From Eledone cirrhosa (Eukaryota), in assembly GCA_964016885.1 (NCBI GenBank), contig OZ024743.1, positions 145,080,001 to 145,144,000 on the forward strand: a DNA stretch of 64,000 bases, read 5' to 3'. Shown here one piece after another: positions 12,846 through 28,200 of the stretch. The position numbers and the translations under genes were made by a program. The notes below the pieces were generated by a model. That model was given only the letters and a program-made list of their open reading frames with translations, was not told the DNA's origin and made no database searches. The first letter of the stretch is position 1. Each line of letters begins with the position of its first letter.

Positions 12846-13186
12846 TTGAATTTTGAAATTAAAAAAAAAGTCAAACAAACAGTAACAAATTAAAGTATTC
12901 AAAATTAATTTCATTGTATGTCAGAATTTCTAAAGCGGCAGCAAGAAAAATAAACAGAAACAGAGACAGAGAGAGAAATATACGGGAGAGAGAGAGTGTG
13001 TGAGATAGAGAGGGGGAGAGTCAGAGCGAGAGAGGAGAGAGGTGAGAAAGAAAAGAATGGAAAGATAATGCAATAGCCAGAAAAGAAGTGTGTGAATAAA
13101 ATAATCAGCGTCATTAAATGTTTTAATAGCAAATACAGCTGAGAGGCATCTATTTGCCGTAATACAACTATAGCAACAACCACTTC

Positions 13187-13278
<92 letters not shown>

Positions 13279-13283
13279 TGATG

Positions 13284-13314
<31 letters not shown>

Positions 13315-13350
13315 CAACAACAACAGCAACTACAAAAACAACAACAACAA
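13187..13350. repeat. (AAT)n/(AAC)n microsatellite
   Basis: Direct reading. Confidence 0.95.
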
Positions 13351-14304
13351 TAGCATTAACAATAAGAGCCACAGCATTAACAACAGCCTAAAGTTTGTTA
13401 ATATTTACGAAAACAGAATACATGTTCGTTGTAAAGAATAAAAATTAGAGTGTTTTGTTTCGTGTTTTACAATAAAGGCTATGAAATTGCAATTCTAATC
13501 AAGGTTGCTTTATAATACAAGTAGGTGGAAACAATTGTGTTAAGAAATAATAAAATAGCGTTTAAGATAACCATAATAATGACAATACTCTGCATTAACA
13601 AGGAAGATTGAAGAATCGAATATCTTGGCTCTCATAAACATTTGTGTTTACTTATGGGGATTCGGAATTTCATGGACTACATGTTACTATTTTATAACTT
13701 CTTTTGATTATAGGTAAATGAGATCATTAATCTCTGAGTGCGCGTGGCTTTCCGGCCCATAAAAGATAAATGAACTAATGAAAATAATACGATTTCGAAG
13801 CAAACAATATTGTATTTATTTAGTCGTTTTGGACTAGAAAGAGGTTATATACAAAAGTTTTATATATTTAGCTTGAAAAGATGAGGCTACTTTATACCGA
13901 GAACATATTAGGAGAAAGAAGATTTATAGGATAACACATCTCGAAATAAAAATTCCCATATTATATTTGATACGAGATTTAAAGATAGAATAATATCAAA
14001 TACGAGAAAGAGAAGAGGGGTACAGTTACTGGAATTGTAAAAAGTAGAATCTATTATTTGTTTTAGTAAAAGAAACAGGAAAAGAAAAAAGCATTACGGT
14101 GATCCAAGTACATGAGATTTTCAGTAAATGTTGTAACATGTTAGGTATTGCATATTTGATCGGCCGGTCTAAGAAAGACTGTATTATGGCTGTGAGCCTG
14201 TATATAAAGCAAATGCATGTGTTCAACACAAAATAAATAAGACCAGGTCCGAGGTTGAGACATAAAATTCTGATGTTTTGGTGGCTATATAACCCAATAG
14301 AAGA

Positions 14305-14380
14305 CTCAACTGAAGACCAGGTATGGTTAACGCTTGCATATTATGTAATCCAGTTAGCTTACGAAACCATTGGTATCGGA
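14305..14380 (+). ncRNA. Degenerate hammerhead ribozyme with a long stem II
   Basis: CTGAAGA, extended hairpin (ggttaac/gttagct, ttgcata/tatgtaa), GAAA-ccattgg-TA; stem I poor; upstream of a PLE fragment. Confidence 0.45.
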
Positions 14381-14485
14381 TGAAGTAATGTGTACGTTTA
14401 ATTATTAGATATTAGCTCTATTAACGAATATAGAGCGCCTTCTTGTTGATCATTACGTTAAAGCCACATATGCACACATACACAA

Positions 14486-15660
<1,175 letters not shown>

Positions 15661-16173
15661 TATATATAAAATTATTAATAAAAATATATATTCGTGTATA
15701 CGTGTGCCTGTGTGTGTGTGTGTGTGTACATTGCATATATATATATAGAGAGAGAGGAGTAAAGAGAGAATGATTTATATGTGTGTGTGTGTGTGTGTGG
15801 TGTGTATACGTGTGTGTATGTGTATGTGTGTAGTGTGCATACATTATATATGTAGCGAGAGAAGGGAGAAAGAGAGAGAAAAAGAGATGTATATATATAC
15901 ATACATCTCTTTATTTCTTTTTATATATATATACTCTAAATTTATTGACTCGATTTTAATGAAATGTCAAGTGGACTTGGAGAGATTTGAATCGGGAACT
16001 GCGAGGTTTCACGTTTAAAATTATTTATTGTTAGTCCGATACGCTTCCTCTGACTCAATTCCTCCTCTCAGTTCAGACCACTTTACTCTATAACCGACTT
16101 TTGATTTATACACACACACACACGTATGTGTATATGTACATTGTATATATATATGTGTATGTGCGTGTGTGTG

Positions 16174-16215
<42 letters not shown>

Positions 16216-16221
16216 TATATT

Positions 16222-16295
<74 letters not shown>

Positions 16296-16307
16296 CATAC
16301 ATACACC

Positions 16308-16496
<189 letters not shown>

Positions 16497-16647
16497 TGGA
16501 GATGCTAGAAAATGTCAAATATCCTTTTTATCCACTAGTGTTTCAATAAACTTAAAATCTTGCCTTGAAGCATTTCTTTTTTAATGAAAAACCCAAGAAG
16601 AAAAGAAATATATTTACGTACAACCAGAGAGTAGAACTTCACCCGAC

Positions 16648-17645
16648 CTGTTGTTGTAAAGTTTTATTATTCTGTCAATATACGGACTACATTTTATTAG
16701 TCTGGGAATTTTCTGATCGTCAATGAAATTGTTTGTCTCTTAATACTTTTTACCTGACAGCAGTTGTATTGAAATTATAGTGACGAAATAATTCGCTCGG
16801 ATAGTCCCAGATAAAAGAAGCGTGTTCATAGGAAGTCTTCCTTTCAGAAGTTTATCCGGCAAAATAGGTGGAAGTTGAACAAACAAGAATATTAAGAGTC
16901 AATGAATTCATTTCAAAATCTATTTTATTCAATATAGATTTAATATTATAAATTTTGTTGGGGATTCTGAAACGCTTTGTGGTAGATGTCTTACAATATA
17001 AATTGATTGATTATGAAAATATTGCTGCTTATCTTTCTTCTAAAATATTATGAGGGAAATTTTAAAGCAATTCTTTTATATATATATATAATCTGGAATT
17101 ATCTTGGCCAATTCAACTGTAGATATATTTCATTCTATAACTTAATGAAGTACCAGAGTTTGTTTGGTCTAAATATGTTCGATACTGCTCAGTATCATTC
17201 TCCAAACTTAATTCCATTTGTTTCCACATATCAGAAAGGGATATTATATATCACTCTCTCTCTAATGATGTTTAGAATTATATTCCACATACTCATTTAT
17301 TCCTTAATTCCGGTTTCTGACAAATTAATAGCAAACTGACAATTTCTATACCACACTAAATATTGGCGCTGAAGAATTATTGAATGCTTCTTGTTTCATT
17401 AGGCTAAATGGAATGTATTCCTTTTGCCTATTTTATGTAGTATAAGTTGTAATGTAGTTTATATAATAAATACTGATGAGACATGACCCGCAAGTAAAAC
17501 AGCATTTCAATATTAATATAATATGAAATGGGATGAATCATCTTTTCAGACTTTATCTTTTCATAGATAATCCAAACTAAAATCTTCTCTAAGAGTATTT
17601 ATGTTTCTACTCCTTATTTGTAGTAGGTTCTTCAAGAAGTCCTAT
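16648..17645 (-). pseudogene. Decayed last LRRs, LRRCT and transmembrane segment
   Basis: MKQEAFNN, AINLSETGIKE, NQF-YC.., LVCSTSTYFAG*, then TLLLSGTIRANYFVTIISIQLL followed by GKK. Confidence 0.5.
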
Positions 17646-17664
17646 ATTCCATTATGTTTTCTAT

Positions 17665-17779
17665 GAGTTCAAATCCCGCCGAGGTTGACTTTGCCTTTCA
17701 TCCTTACGGGGTCGATAAAATAAAGTACCAGTAATGAACTGGGTAATTGCTGGCCTTGTGCCTAAAGTAGAAACAATTA
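17665..17779 (+). mobile_element. 5'-truncated SINE family A with 15-bp TSD
   Basis: cattatgttttctat at 17650-17664 and 17780-17794. Confidence 0.9.
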
Positions 17780-17857
17780 CATTATGTTTTCTATTAATAA
17801 TAAATTTATTATTGTTACCTAACTGTCAGATCTAAATATATAGGAAATAGATAGATA

Positions 17858-20800
17858 AATTTCTTTATTAGCCACAAGGGCACAAAAGAAGGGGACAAAT
17901 ACAAATGGGGAGTTTACATACAGGTATATGAAAATAAAACTATTAATACAATAACAAATAACAATTGAAATCCCCAATAGGGGGGAGGTGTTACACAGAG
18001 GTTGTTACAACCCCGAAAAAATGTACAACCCTCATCTCCAGGAGCACCAAGAGTACTCCCTTCCTCTCTTCCTCTTTTTCCTCAACCTACAGGCTTATAT
18101 AGAGAGAAGGCCCAACCACTCGGGCCGTCTTTGCCACATTCACCCACCTTTTATAAAATTTGCTGAGGTATAGCACCTCTCTCTCCATCCTGATTCTTCT
18201 TCCAAAATGATATTTGAAAAAAAGAATCAGTTGCTCGCCGAAGAGAAAGGTGTCTGACCTCAGCCCTTTTAACCTCGTCCACCATATAACCTCTTTCACC
18301 ATAGCCATAACACATAGGAAAACCGCCTCTCCCTCATTTTTGAAGGAGGGTGGCGGTATGATCATGACAATGGACTCGGTGGTCAACTGGATTGATCCCA
18401 CCCGCGACAATAGTCATTCTACATAGCCCCACAGGTCGGTAACCCCCGGGCAGTGTACAAATGCGTGTGCGACGGTTTCCTTGTCGCGCACGCATCTCGG
18501 ACAGATCTTTTTCGAAGGGTACCTACCCGGGCGCCCGTGTCTGTAGAGCTTGTCTCGAACTGGTAGAGCTCTTCGGTAGCACTACCAGGCCAGGGACTTT
18601 TGGAAGTTGTCCATTGGTCCCGGGCGGAAGGTCCTACCGAACAGACTGGTCAGTTCGTCCTCCTCTACGCCTAGAGTTTCTCCGAGCGTGTCGTCGCGCT
18701 TGCTGCGGACCAACCCTCTATAGAATGTCGAAGTGGAGTCTCCACTGATCGCCGGCTCCGTTTGCCAGAGGACTGTGAGCGCCTGAGCACATTCGATGTG
18801 CCAGTCGCCCATTTTCTTCCTCGGTCTTTGCTTGACCCAGGACTGCAGCTCGGTCAGCGAGACGAGTCGTGGGAAGGCTCGCCTCATGAACGGAGCCCAC
18901 ACCGGTTGTCTGGTGAGGAATACGTGGAGGTGCCGCAGCCTGAGCGCGTCTTTGCGCATTGTCAGCCACGGCAACCCCAGCCCTGCGTTTGAAAGGTATT
19001 GGCAGCAGATGAATCTTCTCACCAAAGGAACCCGTTTCTTCCAAAGGAATTGGAAGAGCGCGCGCTCCATTTTGGTGAGCGTTTTGGCTGGACAAGGCAC
19101 GACGATCAAGCGGTAGTAGATGACGGACGCTATAAAAGAGTTCGCCACCTCCGCTTGACCTTTCAAGGATAGTTTGCACTCGGCCCACTTCTGGATGAGC
19201 GCAAACACCTTGGACGTCACCTCGTTCCAGTTCTTCTCCACCTGGAGGTGTGGACCAAACCAGACCCCGAGCAGCTTTACCGGCCCTTCCGTCTAGCGTC
19301 CGACGACGTCATCGGAAGGCATCGGTTTGCCTCTCCACGTTCCGAGTTGCAAACCGACGGATTTGTCCCGGTTCAGCTTTGCTCCTGGTTTCGTATTCCT
19401 CCAGTAAGGTGCCGATCTCCCCGATTTGCGAGGTGCTCGACACCATTACTGTGACGTCGTCGGCGTAGGCCGACGCCGCTTTTCGCAGTCCCGATTCCAA
19501 AGGGATGCCCTGCAATAGCTCCAACCTCCGCAGTAGTGGCTCGAGAGTCAGTACGTACATAAGGGAGGAGAGAGGGCATCCCTGTCGGATGGATTGCGTG
19601 ATATGGAACGGCTCCGAGAGGTAGCCGTTCACCTTGACCCTTGAGCAGATGTTGCTGCTGTGCATTGCAGCAATCCAGCCCCTGAACACGGGTCCGAAGC
19701 CTGCCGCCTCGAGCACCGCATCCAGTTAACGATGGTCAACCCTATCGAAAGCCTTAGACTGATCCAAGTTGATCAGGGCCCCACCGAAGCCGGGTTTATA
19801 CCCTACCCTCTCCATGATGTATCGCATGAGGTGGAGGTTGTCGTGTATGGATCTGGTTGGGATTGCGCATGTCTCGCTTCTCCCAGCAGGTTTTCGACGA
19901 CAAACGCCAGCTTCTTTGCCAACACCTTGGACAAAATCATCTGTAACTTTGTGTTGAGCAGAGTTATGGGCCGGAAGTTGCCTATGTCATCCCCCTTGTT
20001 CTCGTCCTTCCTGACTAACGTGATTACGCCCTTGGTCACAGAACTGGGAATTCTCCCGTTCTGCTGCCAGTTGCAGTAGACCGCTTCCAGGAGACCGGAG
20101 AACAAATCAGGCATTGCTACGTAAAATTCGTAGGGTAGACCGTCGAGACCTGGAGATTTGCGGTTGCCGCATTGGCTCAGCGCGACCCCTATCTCAGCGG
20201 CCGAAATCGGCCTTTCGCAGAACTTCGCCTCGCTATCCGAGAGTCGCGATAGGCCGTCGAGGTATGAACCGAAGTCCATAGTCCCTCCCGGCGCGCCACC
20301 CTGCCCGAACAGTTGAGCAAAGTGTAGCTGAAAGGCCGCGCACATTTGCTTCGGCTTACGTATCACGCGTCCATCTTGGTCCTTCAAAGACCGAATCGTT
20401 GCCACTTTTCGCCTCCGTCACTCGGGCCCAGTTAACAGCTTTTTGGCTCCCTCGTTTCCCAGAGCACGTATTTTGCTTCTGACAACGCAGCCTTCATGCT
20501 GTGCGTCGAAGAACTGGTCCAAGGCCGTTATAGTCGCTAGCACGTTGGCTACGTTGCCTCTCCTAAGTGCCTCTTCTACTTGATCTACCAGTTCCTTTTC
20601 GGTCTTATTTCTATCTAACACTAATTCTTTACTAAAACATATCGAGTCTAATCTAACTGCCCTCTTGAGAGAGTACCACCATCTGTTGTTGACAATGGCC
20701 CCCGTCAAGTTCTGCTTAACTAAAGTGCTAATCCGTCTACTGTAGGCTTTGCATGTCGGTAACGACAAGTTCAGCTTCCAGTAGCCGGGTCCCTGTCTTC

Positions 20801-22700
20801 GGGTTTTGTCAAGGTTGACTAAGCAGGTCACTAATTTGTGATCTGAATAGGCAACCATGAACATTTGTGGACAGCTTAACATGTCCTTATCCTTCTTTCT
20901 AACTAGAACCCTGTCTAGGTACGATCTAGATGTTCCACTGCGATTAGTCCACGTCCACAGTGGTACAGTCGGAAAATCTAGTCGATATCTATCGGCCAGG
21001 TCAAATCGGCCGATTAACTGTTTGAGGCTGTTACACCCACCTCTATCGGGACATGCTCCCACATAGACCCAACGTGCATCTAGGATTCCATTCTAGTCCC
21101 CTACTAACAGTAGGGAGCAGGACGTTCCCAGAAAAGTCTATATACGTTTGAAGTCTGGCCGCGGTGTCGCTGATGGGGCATATGCGGCCACCAACCTGAA
21201 GGCTCCACCTTCACTACCGTCAACGTCTAGGACCACCAGTCGACCCTCCGGGTCCAGATATACCGTCTGTGTTACGAGGTCCAGGTGTTTCCGCAGCAAA
21301 ACGGCAACCCCACCCCCACCTCCCGGCTGACAGAGAGATGCGTAGATCTCAAAGTCGTCGAAGATGGGGACCAGTTGTCGCTCGCTGTGGATCCTGGACT
21401 CGCAAATGGCTACTACATCCATACTGTGCGACCTGGGGTCGTTTAAGAGTTTACCCTGTTTCCAGGGCATCCCCAGGCCGCGTACATTCACACATCCAAC
21501 TCTTATATTGGCCATGTTGGTGCTGAAAAGCTAAAAGAAGAGGAAAAGAAATCACTCACCTCTTCGTCTCCTGGGGACCAGGCTGCACAATTTCCACGGC
21601 GGTGTTGGGGGGTTGTTTGGTGGGGTGGTGGTCTCTGGAGGGGTGGGGACAGAGATATTTGGAGGGATGGGGTGTCTGGTGGAATGAGGGTGGATCTGGG
21701 GAAACATTTGAACAGGACTCGATTGTAGGGTTTGACGCAGGGGTTACCTAGGTGGTTAGGAAATTTTTCTTTTAACTGTTTATGTGTGTCCATGGAGGTC
21801 CTAATCATTTTATGATTAGGATTCTCCGAAGAGTGTGTAAAAGTTTTTCCTTCGGTCTCCACCGAAGGGTTTTTATATATGGTGTATGTTAAAGTTTTAT
21901 TGTTAGTATTTATGTAGGTGTAACATTTTTGTTGTGTTGGGTTGCTTTTTGTCTGTGGTTCTTGTGTGTGTTTACGTTTTGTAGTAGGTGTTTTGTTTTC
22001 AGGAGGGGGTGTTTTTGTTTGTGCTGTTTGCGTCGCTTATGTTGGAGTTTGTGTGTTTGTTGCATTTTTGTTTGTGTTATGTCTTTTCTTTTTCTCTTTT
22101 TACTGGTCGCAAAGGCTCTCCCTCATCGTCACTGGGTGATGATGATGAGGCCTCATCCGTGTTGTTGGGGAGGGGTACATTTTGGGGAGCTGTTATGTGT
22201 GTGGGTGTTTCTGGAGTTGTTTTAGGTGGGGAGGGGTTGGGTGGTACTGTGTTTGTCGTTTGTTTTGTTGTCACTATTTTTTATGTTGTTGTTGTGGTGG
22301 TGGTGGTGATTGCTGTGCTGGTGTTGCAAGTGTTGGCAGTAATGCCTTTTTTTTTTGGCTACTTAGCCGAAGACATGAAGCTCTCAGGTGACCCCTGCTT
22401 GAGCAGTGGTAACATGAGGGCCGCCTACCCTCGACCGAAATGTTTATATAAGTCCATCCAGCAACACACGTTCCGGGATCCTAGCTATTCGTTCTAGTGT
22501 CATTTGGACCAGAACTTCTAGGCTAGTTCCGCGGAACAAGTCGCCGGAGGACTTACCTACCGATATTATAAAGTCTTATCGTGGTTTAAAAATCCACATA
22601 GTACCCACCAAATATCAATATTTGGTGTGATACTTTGGATTTTTATGTTCTGGGTTCCTTTCCCCATATAAGTGGGGGAAAAGGTGAACAGCGGTGACAC
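17858..22700 (-). mobile_element. L1/Tx1-clade LINE, 5'-truncated within ORF1
   Basis: ORF1 remnant with VEGRRPSCYHC-KQGHLRASC knuckle; ORF2 APE-RT-CCHC; AATAAA at the 3' end; agatagata on both flanks. Confidence 0.9.
18165..21515 (-). pseudogene. Tx1 ORF2 (APE endonuclease, reverse transcriptase), frameshifted
   Basis: NVRGL, SYLDRV, SDHK, GYWKLN, KSPGLDGLP, FRPITLLN, RQGCPLS, AYADDV, CPRC..ETVAHAFVHC. Confidence 0.92.
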
Positions 22701-22839
22701 AGATAGATAGGTAGATAGATATTGGTGTATAAGCATATCAATACGCTCCCTATCTCTGTATCATTTACGAAATAAACAATTCACGAAAAATAAATAATAT
22801 CAGGGGAAATACCCTTTGTAACATATATATATACATATA

Positions 22840-22945
22840 GTAATAATAATAAATTTGAAGACTAAAATCCAAAGAGGGCTCGATAAGGATAAATATATAT
22901 CAAATATATAAGAACCGTAGAGCAAATATTTATTAAAATAAATAT
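22840..22945 (+). repeat. Microsatellite-associated cassette
   Basis: aaatttgaagactaaaatccaaagag..tatataagaaccgtagagcaaata; partial copies at 831-888, 46451-46483, 46896-46980. Confidence 0.75.
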
Positions 22946-23077
22946 ATATATATATTTATTTAATATATATATACAAATATTTATATAATAAATATATATA
23001 TATACATATATATACACACATATACATATACATACATACACACACACACACACATACATACATAGATACATACATAC

Positions 23078-24052
23078 ATGGTGGCTGCCAACTCGTTTTC
23101 GAGTACGGCCACTACTTTATATCAATGTAGGAGAACTCCTACGGATGCTCTGAACGAGTGTGACTTTTTAGTCTAGCCGCTATAAACACTACACTTGTGA
23201 CAATTATTGACACATATATATATATATATACATATATATATACATATATATATACATATATACACATATATATACATATATACACATATATATAAATATA
23301 TACATATATATATATACATATATACATATATATATACACACACATATATATATACATACATATATACATATATATACATGTACATACATATATACATATA
23401 TATACATACATATACACATATATACATATGCATATATATATATATGGTGGGTGCCAACTCGTTTTCGAGTACGGCCACTACTTTATATCCATGTAGGAGA
23501 ACCCCTACCGATGCGCTGAACGAGTGTGACTTTTTAGTGCAGCCAGTGACTTGAAAACTCTGGTACAAACACTACACTTGTGACAATTATTGACACATAG
23601 TGCTGGGCCCATGGTGCCATGTGACGACAAGTGCAGAGAGATCTCCAGATACAAAGCAATGCCTGTGCCGTGAAGCTTTTATAGTGAGTACAGGCACTGC
23701 ACAAAGCCAGTCCCACTCTCTTAACCAAGATGATATTTACCAAAAAGAAGAACAAGTCAACATCATTGGATACCATCAGGGTTGCAGGTGTTATATCAGA
23801 GTTTTCCTTCTCCTAGAATTCTGCCTTGACAAAGGCTAAGGGGTCATCTCTCCCGGTGATTTTGGATGGCCATTGACTCTTAAGAGCTCCTTTGCCCTTT
23901 GACAGGTTTTGTTTTTAGTCCTGCAGGATGTCCAAAGTCACCCTCCTCACCAAGAAACTTTGGTGGGTTGCCAGTTTAGTCGCCAACGACCCAACCATGG
24001 GACAGGTTGTACTGGGATACATGTTACCAGTAGCACCAACTAGTGACCTGAC
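23078..24052 (-). mobile_element. RTE-5'UTR-like element with a duplicated end
   Basis: 23078-23215 repeats at 23444-23598 across a TA/CA tract; 23800-24050 is homologous (inverted) to 39810-39970. Confidence 0.5.
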
Positions 24053-24278
24053 ATATATATACATACATACATACATACATATATATATACATACATATAT
24101 ACATATACATATATATACATATATATACATATACATATACTTATATATATATACATATACATATACATATACTCATATATATATACATATGCATACATAT
24201 ATACATATATATTATATACATATATATATATATATACATACATATGCACACATATATATATACACATACACACACATT

Positions 24279-24355
<77 letters not shown>

Positions 24356-24357
<2 letters not shown>

Positions 24358-24628
24358 AGGCGCGTGGCCTAGTGGTAAGAGTGTTGGACTTGCGATCATA
24401 ATGTCGTGGGCTCGATTCCTGGGCTGCGTGTTGTGTTCTTGAGCAAAATACTTCATTTTATGTAGCTCCAGTATACTCAGCTGAAAATGAGTACTAGCAA
24501 TAGCTGGAGGTTTAACAATGCGATGGACTGGCGTCCTGTCCAGGGGGGAGTCTTGTACTCTCAGTCGCTTCACGCCATGAAACCGGGATAAGCACCGGTC
24601 AAATAAGCCTTCTGGCTTAAGACAGACT
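24356..24628 (+). mobile_element. tRNA-derived SINE, family B
   Basis: A box tggcctagtgg, B box ggctcgattcc, gtgttcttgagcaaaatacttca core; diverged copy at about 40470-40680. Confidence 0.8.
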
Positions 24629-24813
24629 TTAGATAGATATATATAATGTAGTATATATCATAAGTTGTAACGTAGTTTATATAATAAATACTGATAAGGC
24701 ATAACTGGCAAGTAAAACAGCATTTCAATATTAATATATTAATATTAATATGAAATTGAAGCCGGGTTGATATCAATGGTAGTTTGCGTGTGCTTCGTAT
24801 GTGTATATATTCA

Positions 24814-25303
24814 CTAGCAGAATAAACCCCCTTCGGGTGGTTTTCTGCTAGCATGTGTAGTGTGCATATTGATATTATACGCAAATATTTATGCATGTAG
24901 ATATGATATATCAATATAAATCGTAATTGAAAATATCCACAGAAATTGAAGAAAGTCTGTGTTACACTCTTCTGCAATCAGTAAAGTAATCCATGATACA
25001 TTTAAAAAATACGATATTATATATAAACTGCATTAGGAGAAAATTAGCGACGGAAATGTATGCGATGCTTTTATAAGTGTTATAATATAACGGGTGTTGA
25101 CATTTGAAAATTTAAAAGAGGTGAATCTTTAAATAAGCAATAAAATGATTTATATCTAATCAAGCGTTACGAAATTTAATATATAAATTATGTAATATTC
25201 ATTCCTTATTTATTCAAAGTAATCCAACTTATTTTACAAACGGGATAAAAAAAATATATACTCTGGAAGCAGTCCCGCACTCCTTTCTTTTTTATAGTTA
25301 AGA
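24814..25303 (-). mobile_element. Non-autonomous Helitron
   Basis: Minus strand: A|TCttaactata ... hairpin ccacccgaagggg ... CTAG|T; homologous to 38284-39559. Confidence 0.8.
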
Positions 25304-25309
25304 TTGTGT

Positions 25310-25600
25310 ATGTAAAATGGTGACTTCTTGCTATGGCTGAAGAATTTCCATTCCTGCAAGTCGTACAACAAATATTATTCTAACCATACAAGAAAAATAA
25401 CTAATAACATTGTAAATAGTTATGACGTAAGAATTGTACCTCAACCTATAGTTTTGCAAAATATATATATTTTTTAAAACTTAATTTACTTGCTCTACGT
25501 TCAGTGTTTTGATATAAAGTCTATTCTTAAACCCATTTGAACTTGGTAAACTTAGTTCTTTGTCACATTTTCCTGAAAATATGCGAGTTATAGGTATTAT
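25310..25600 (-). pseudogene. Decayed LRR fragment
   Basis: GFKNRLYIKTLNVEQ, VEVQFLRHNYLQ. Confidence 0.4.
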
Positions 25601-25731
25601 GTATGGTGTTAATGATTGATAATTAATTATTTCCAATTGTTTACGTATCCATGTACCATTGTAATCGTATTGAAGCGGACGTAGGAATTAAAGAATGAAT
25701 TTAAGTTGTTAACCTTGTGTTTTTGTCATAT

Positions 25732-25785
<54 letters not shown>

Positions 25786-25789
<4 letters not shown>

Positions 25790-25995
25790 TAATTTAACAA
25801 TGAAAACAATAACAAAGTCAAGTTATTTTACCTATTCATATCACTGTTTTGATCATATTGACATATTGACTGATCTATAGCAGTTATATAAATGTATACT
25901 ATCGGACATCATATATAGGTTCGATCAAAACGTCTTCTTCGGAAACAATGAATAAGTAAAATAACTTGACTTTGTTTTCATTGTTAAATTAATAT
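25786..25995. repeat. Fold-back element (about 50-bp arms plus inner gttttgatc/gatcaaaac stem)
   Basis: Abuts (TA)n; degenerate CCGAAGA core on the minus strand. Confidence 0.8.
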
Positions 25996-26229
25996 CTAAT
26001 ATCAGACTCTGTATCTAAGGGAACATGGAACCTTTCTATGGACTTCACTAGATTACTTGCTATCGGATTACATTGAGTTCTATCTACGGTACGGACCCTA
26101 CCACGAAGGGTAAACCACATTGTAAATATATATATATATATATATGGAGATACAGAAAGAGAGATGGAGTACCTAAAGATGATGGAGAAAGATAAAGATA
26201 TACAGAATCACGTTCAGTTTTCTATGTAG

Positions 26230-26520
26230 TTTCAGTAATATAAATTATGAAGAAAAGAATAGAAAAATCGTCAATCCAGATAGATAGTTCGTCAAATTAC
26301 TAAATATAATTGTTGTTTCTAATAATTCTGACGATTTATAAGGAAAACTGCACTGATCGAACTAGCTATAAGTTAACGAATTGCTTATTCATATCCACAT
26401 CAAATCTACTCCATCATTATGAAAGCAATCTACTTTTACTAAAGATAGTTTTAGCAATTTTTAATACTTTCTGAGCATCGGATATTTCATAGGACATCCT
26501 ATTCTTTAGAGAGATCTCTG
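26230..26520 (-). pseudogene. Decayed LRR fragment
   Basis: KLLKLSLVKV, NSLTYS*FDQCSF, IFSNLTNYL in one frame. Confidence 0.45.
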
Positions 26521-26763
26521 TTTCCATATGGATTTTTATTTACGATTCTGGGTGGTGTGGAATCGTGTTCAAATCCCTACAAACTCTGACTGCAAGAAAG
26601 AAGTTTCAATTCCCTGTCAATGCATTACACTTCCAGAGATTTCTGATCGCAACCTAAAAGGATATGAGTTTCTCATGCAATCTTCTTGCGACATATTACC
26701 TGGAATCAGATATCGCCTGGCCGTCAAACGAGGGAGCCTCTATGCCAGTGAGCACACACACAC

Positions 26764-26944
<181 letters not shown>

Positions 26945-26965
26945 AATATATATATATATATATAT

Positions 26966-27361
26966 TTCTATGGTCATGAATCTTGGGTAATGACCGAAAG
27001 AATACAAGCGGTCGAAATGGGGTTCCTCCGAAGGGTCTTTGGAGTAACCTTACTCGATAGAGTCCGTAGCTCGGAGATCAGAGAGTCACTCCAGGTAGAG
27101 CCGCTACTTCTTTGAATTGAGAGATCACAGCTCCGATACTATGGACATGTAGTTAGAATGTCTCAGGAAAGAATCGCTGGATAGATTTTACGGGTAAAAC
27201 CAACTGGCAGATGACCCAGGGGTAGACCTCGAACAAGACGTTTGGATAACATCCATGAGATTGGCTGGTCTCGCTTGGAGATCCAACCGGATCAATTAGA
27301 GACGGTTGTACCTGACAAGACCCGCTGTTTGAGGATTCAGCTCCTACGACCTTTCCAGGAT

Positions 27362-27392
<31 letters not shown>

Positions 27393-27428
27393 AAGAAGAA
27401 GAAGAAGAAGAAGAAGAAGAAGAAGAAG

Positions 27429-27458
<30 letters not shown>
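26966..27458 (+). mobile_element. RTE LINE 3' end with (GAA)n tail
   Basis: YGHESW..EMGFLRRV..QLRYYGHVVRM..PRGRPR; tail 27363-27458. Confidence 0.9.
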
Positions 27459-27459
<1 letters not shown>

Positions 27460-27759
27460 TGTACCATGAGCAAAACTGTCGCTTGGCCTGATAGACATAA
27501 TCACAAACTCTCCCACAAATTCGATTCCAATGCGTCATCCCTTCTTAAAAGGATGACACAGTGAACGTACTACTTAAAGGTGTTGGACAAGGGGAGAATG
27601 GTCGCAGTTGGAACTCTTTTAATTATAAGTATGATCGGTCAAAAACAACAAGATAAACATAACGCTTTCTTGATGATGTAAAAACCCATTCACTATTACA
27701 AAACATTTTATTAATTTTTAACAGACTGTACATAACACGAACGTACATTCTATCCAGAA

Positions 27760-28200
27760 GAAAAATCAATATAACATACATTATCGAATGAGTAGATCTA
27801 ACACTGAGCTTAACCTAGTATCACATTCCCAAATTATATCTGAAGACTTAAGCATTTGTATTAAATCTGCATATGTCTCAAAAAGTGTAGCTATTATTTG
27901 AAGGCTACTTTTGACGAATCATATATTTATATCAATTGCCAAAGAATTTACTACTGTTATTTCTAGCATGTGTAGGGCTGTCAAACGTCTGAGATAATAT
28001 CATTTTCTCAGATAATTAGAAAGTAGCTTTCGGTAAATTTCATTTCACCAATATTTTCTTTTGCCAAAGATGCTTCGTTGGATTATATATGAATGTCAAT
28101 AGAAACAGCTATATTTACAGCTTGAAATCAATTTAACTTGATAAAATAATTTTAAGATAATGAAATAGTTTGATAGTTTTAAATTTTCCGAATTAGTGAC
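27760..28200 (-). pseudogene. Decayed LRR fragment
   Basis: ENLKLSNYFI, YLRRLTALHMLEI. Confidence 0.4.

Noticed and set aside
17465-17515. CTGATGA-containing repeat, also at about 24685
   Set aside because: Both copies have AAAA instead of GAAA and no stems; a repeat, but not supportable as a ribozyme.
23960-24050. Possible HDV-like ribozyme in an RTE-like 5' UTR
   Set aside because: Hairpins are present but the P1/L3 nested pseudoknot could not be drawn.
24356-24430. tRNA gene
   Set aside because: A and B boxes continue into a SINE body and there is no proper cloverleaf.
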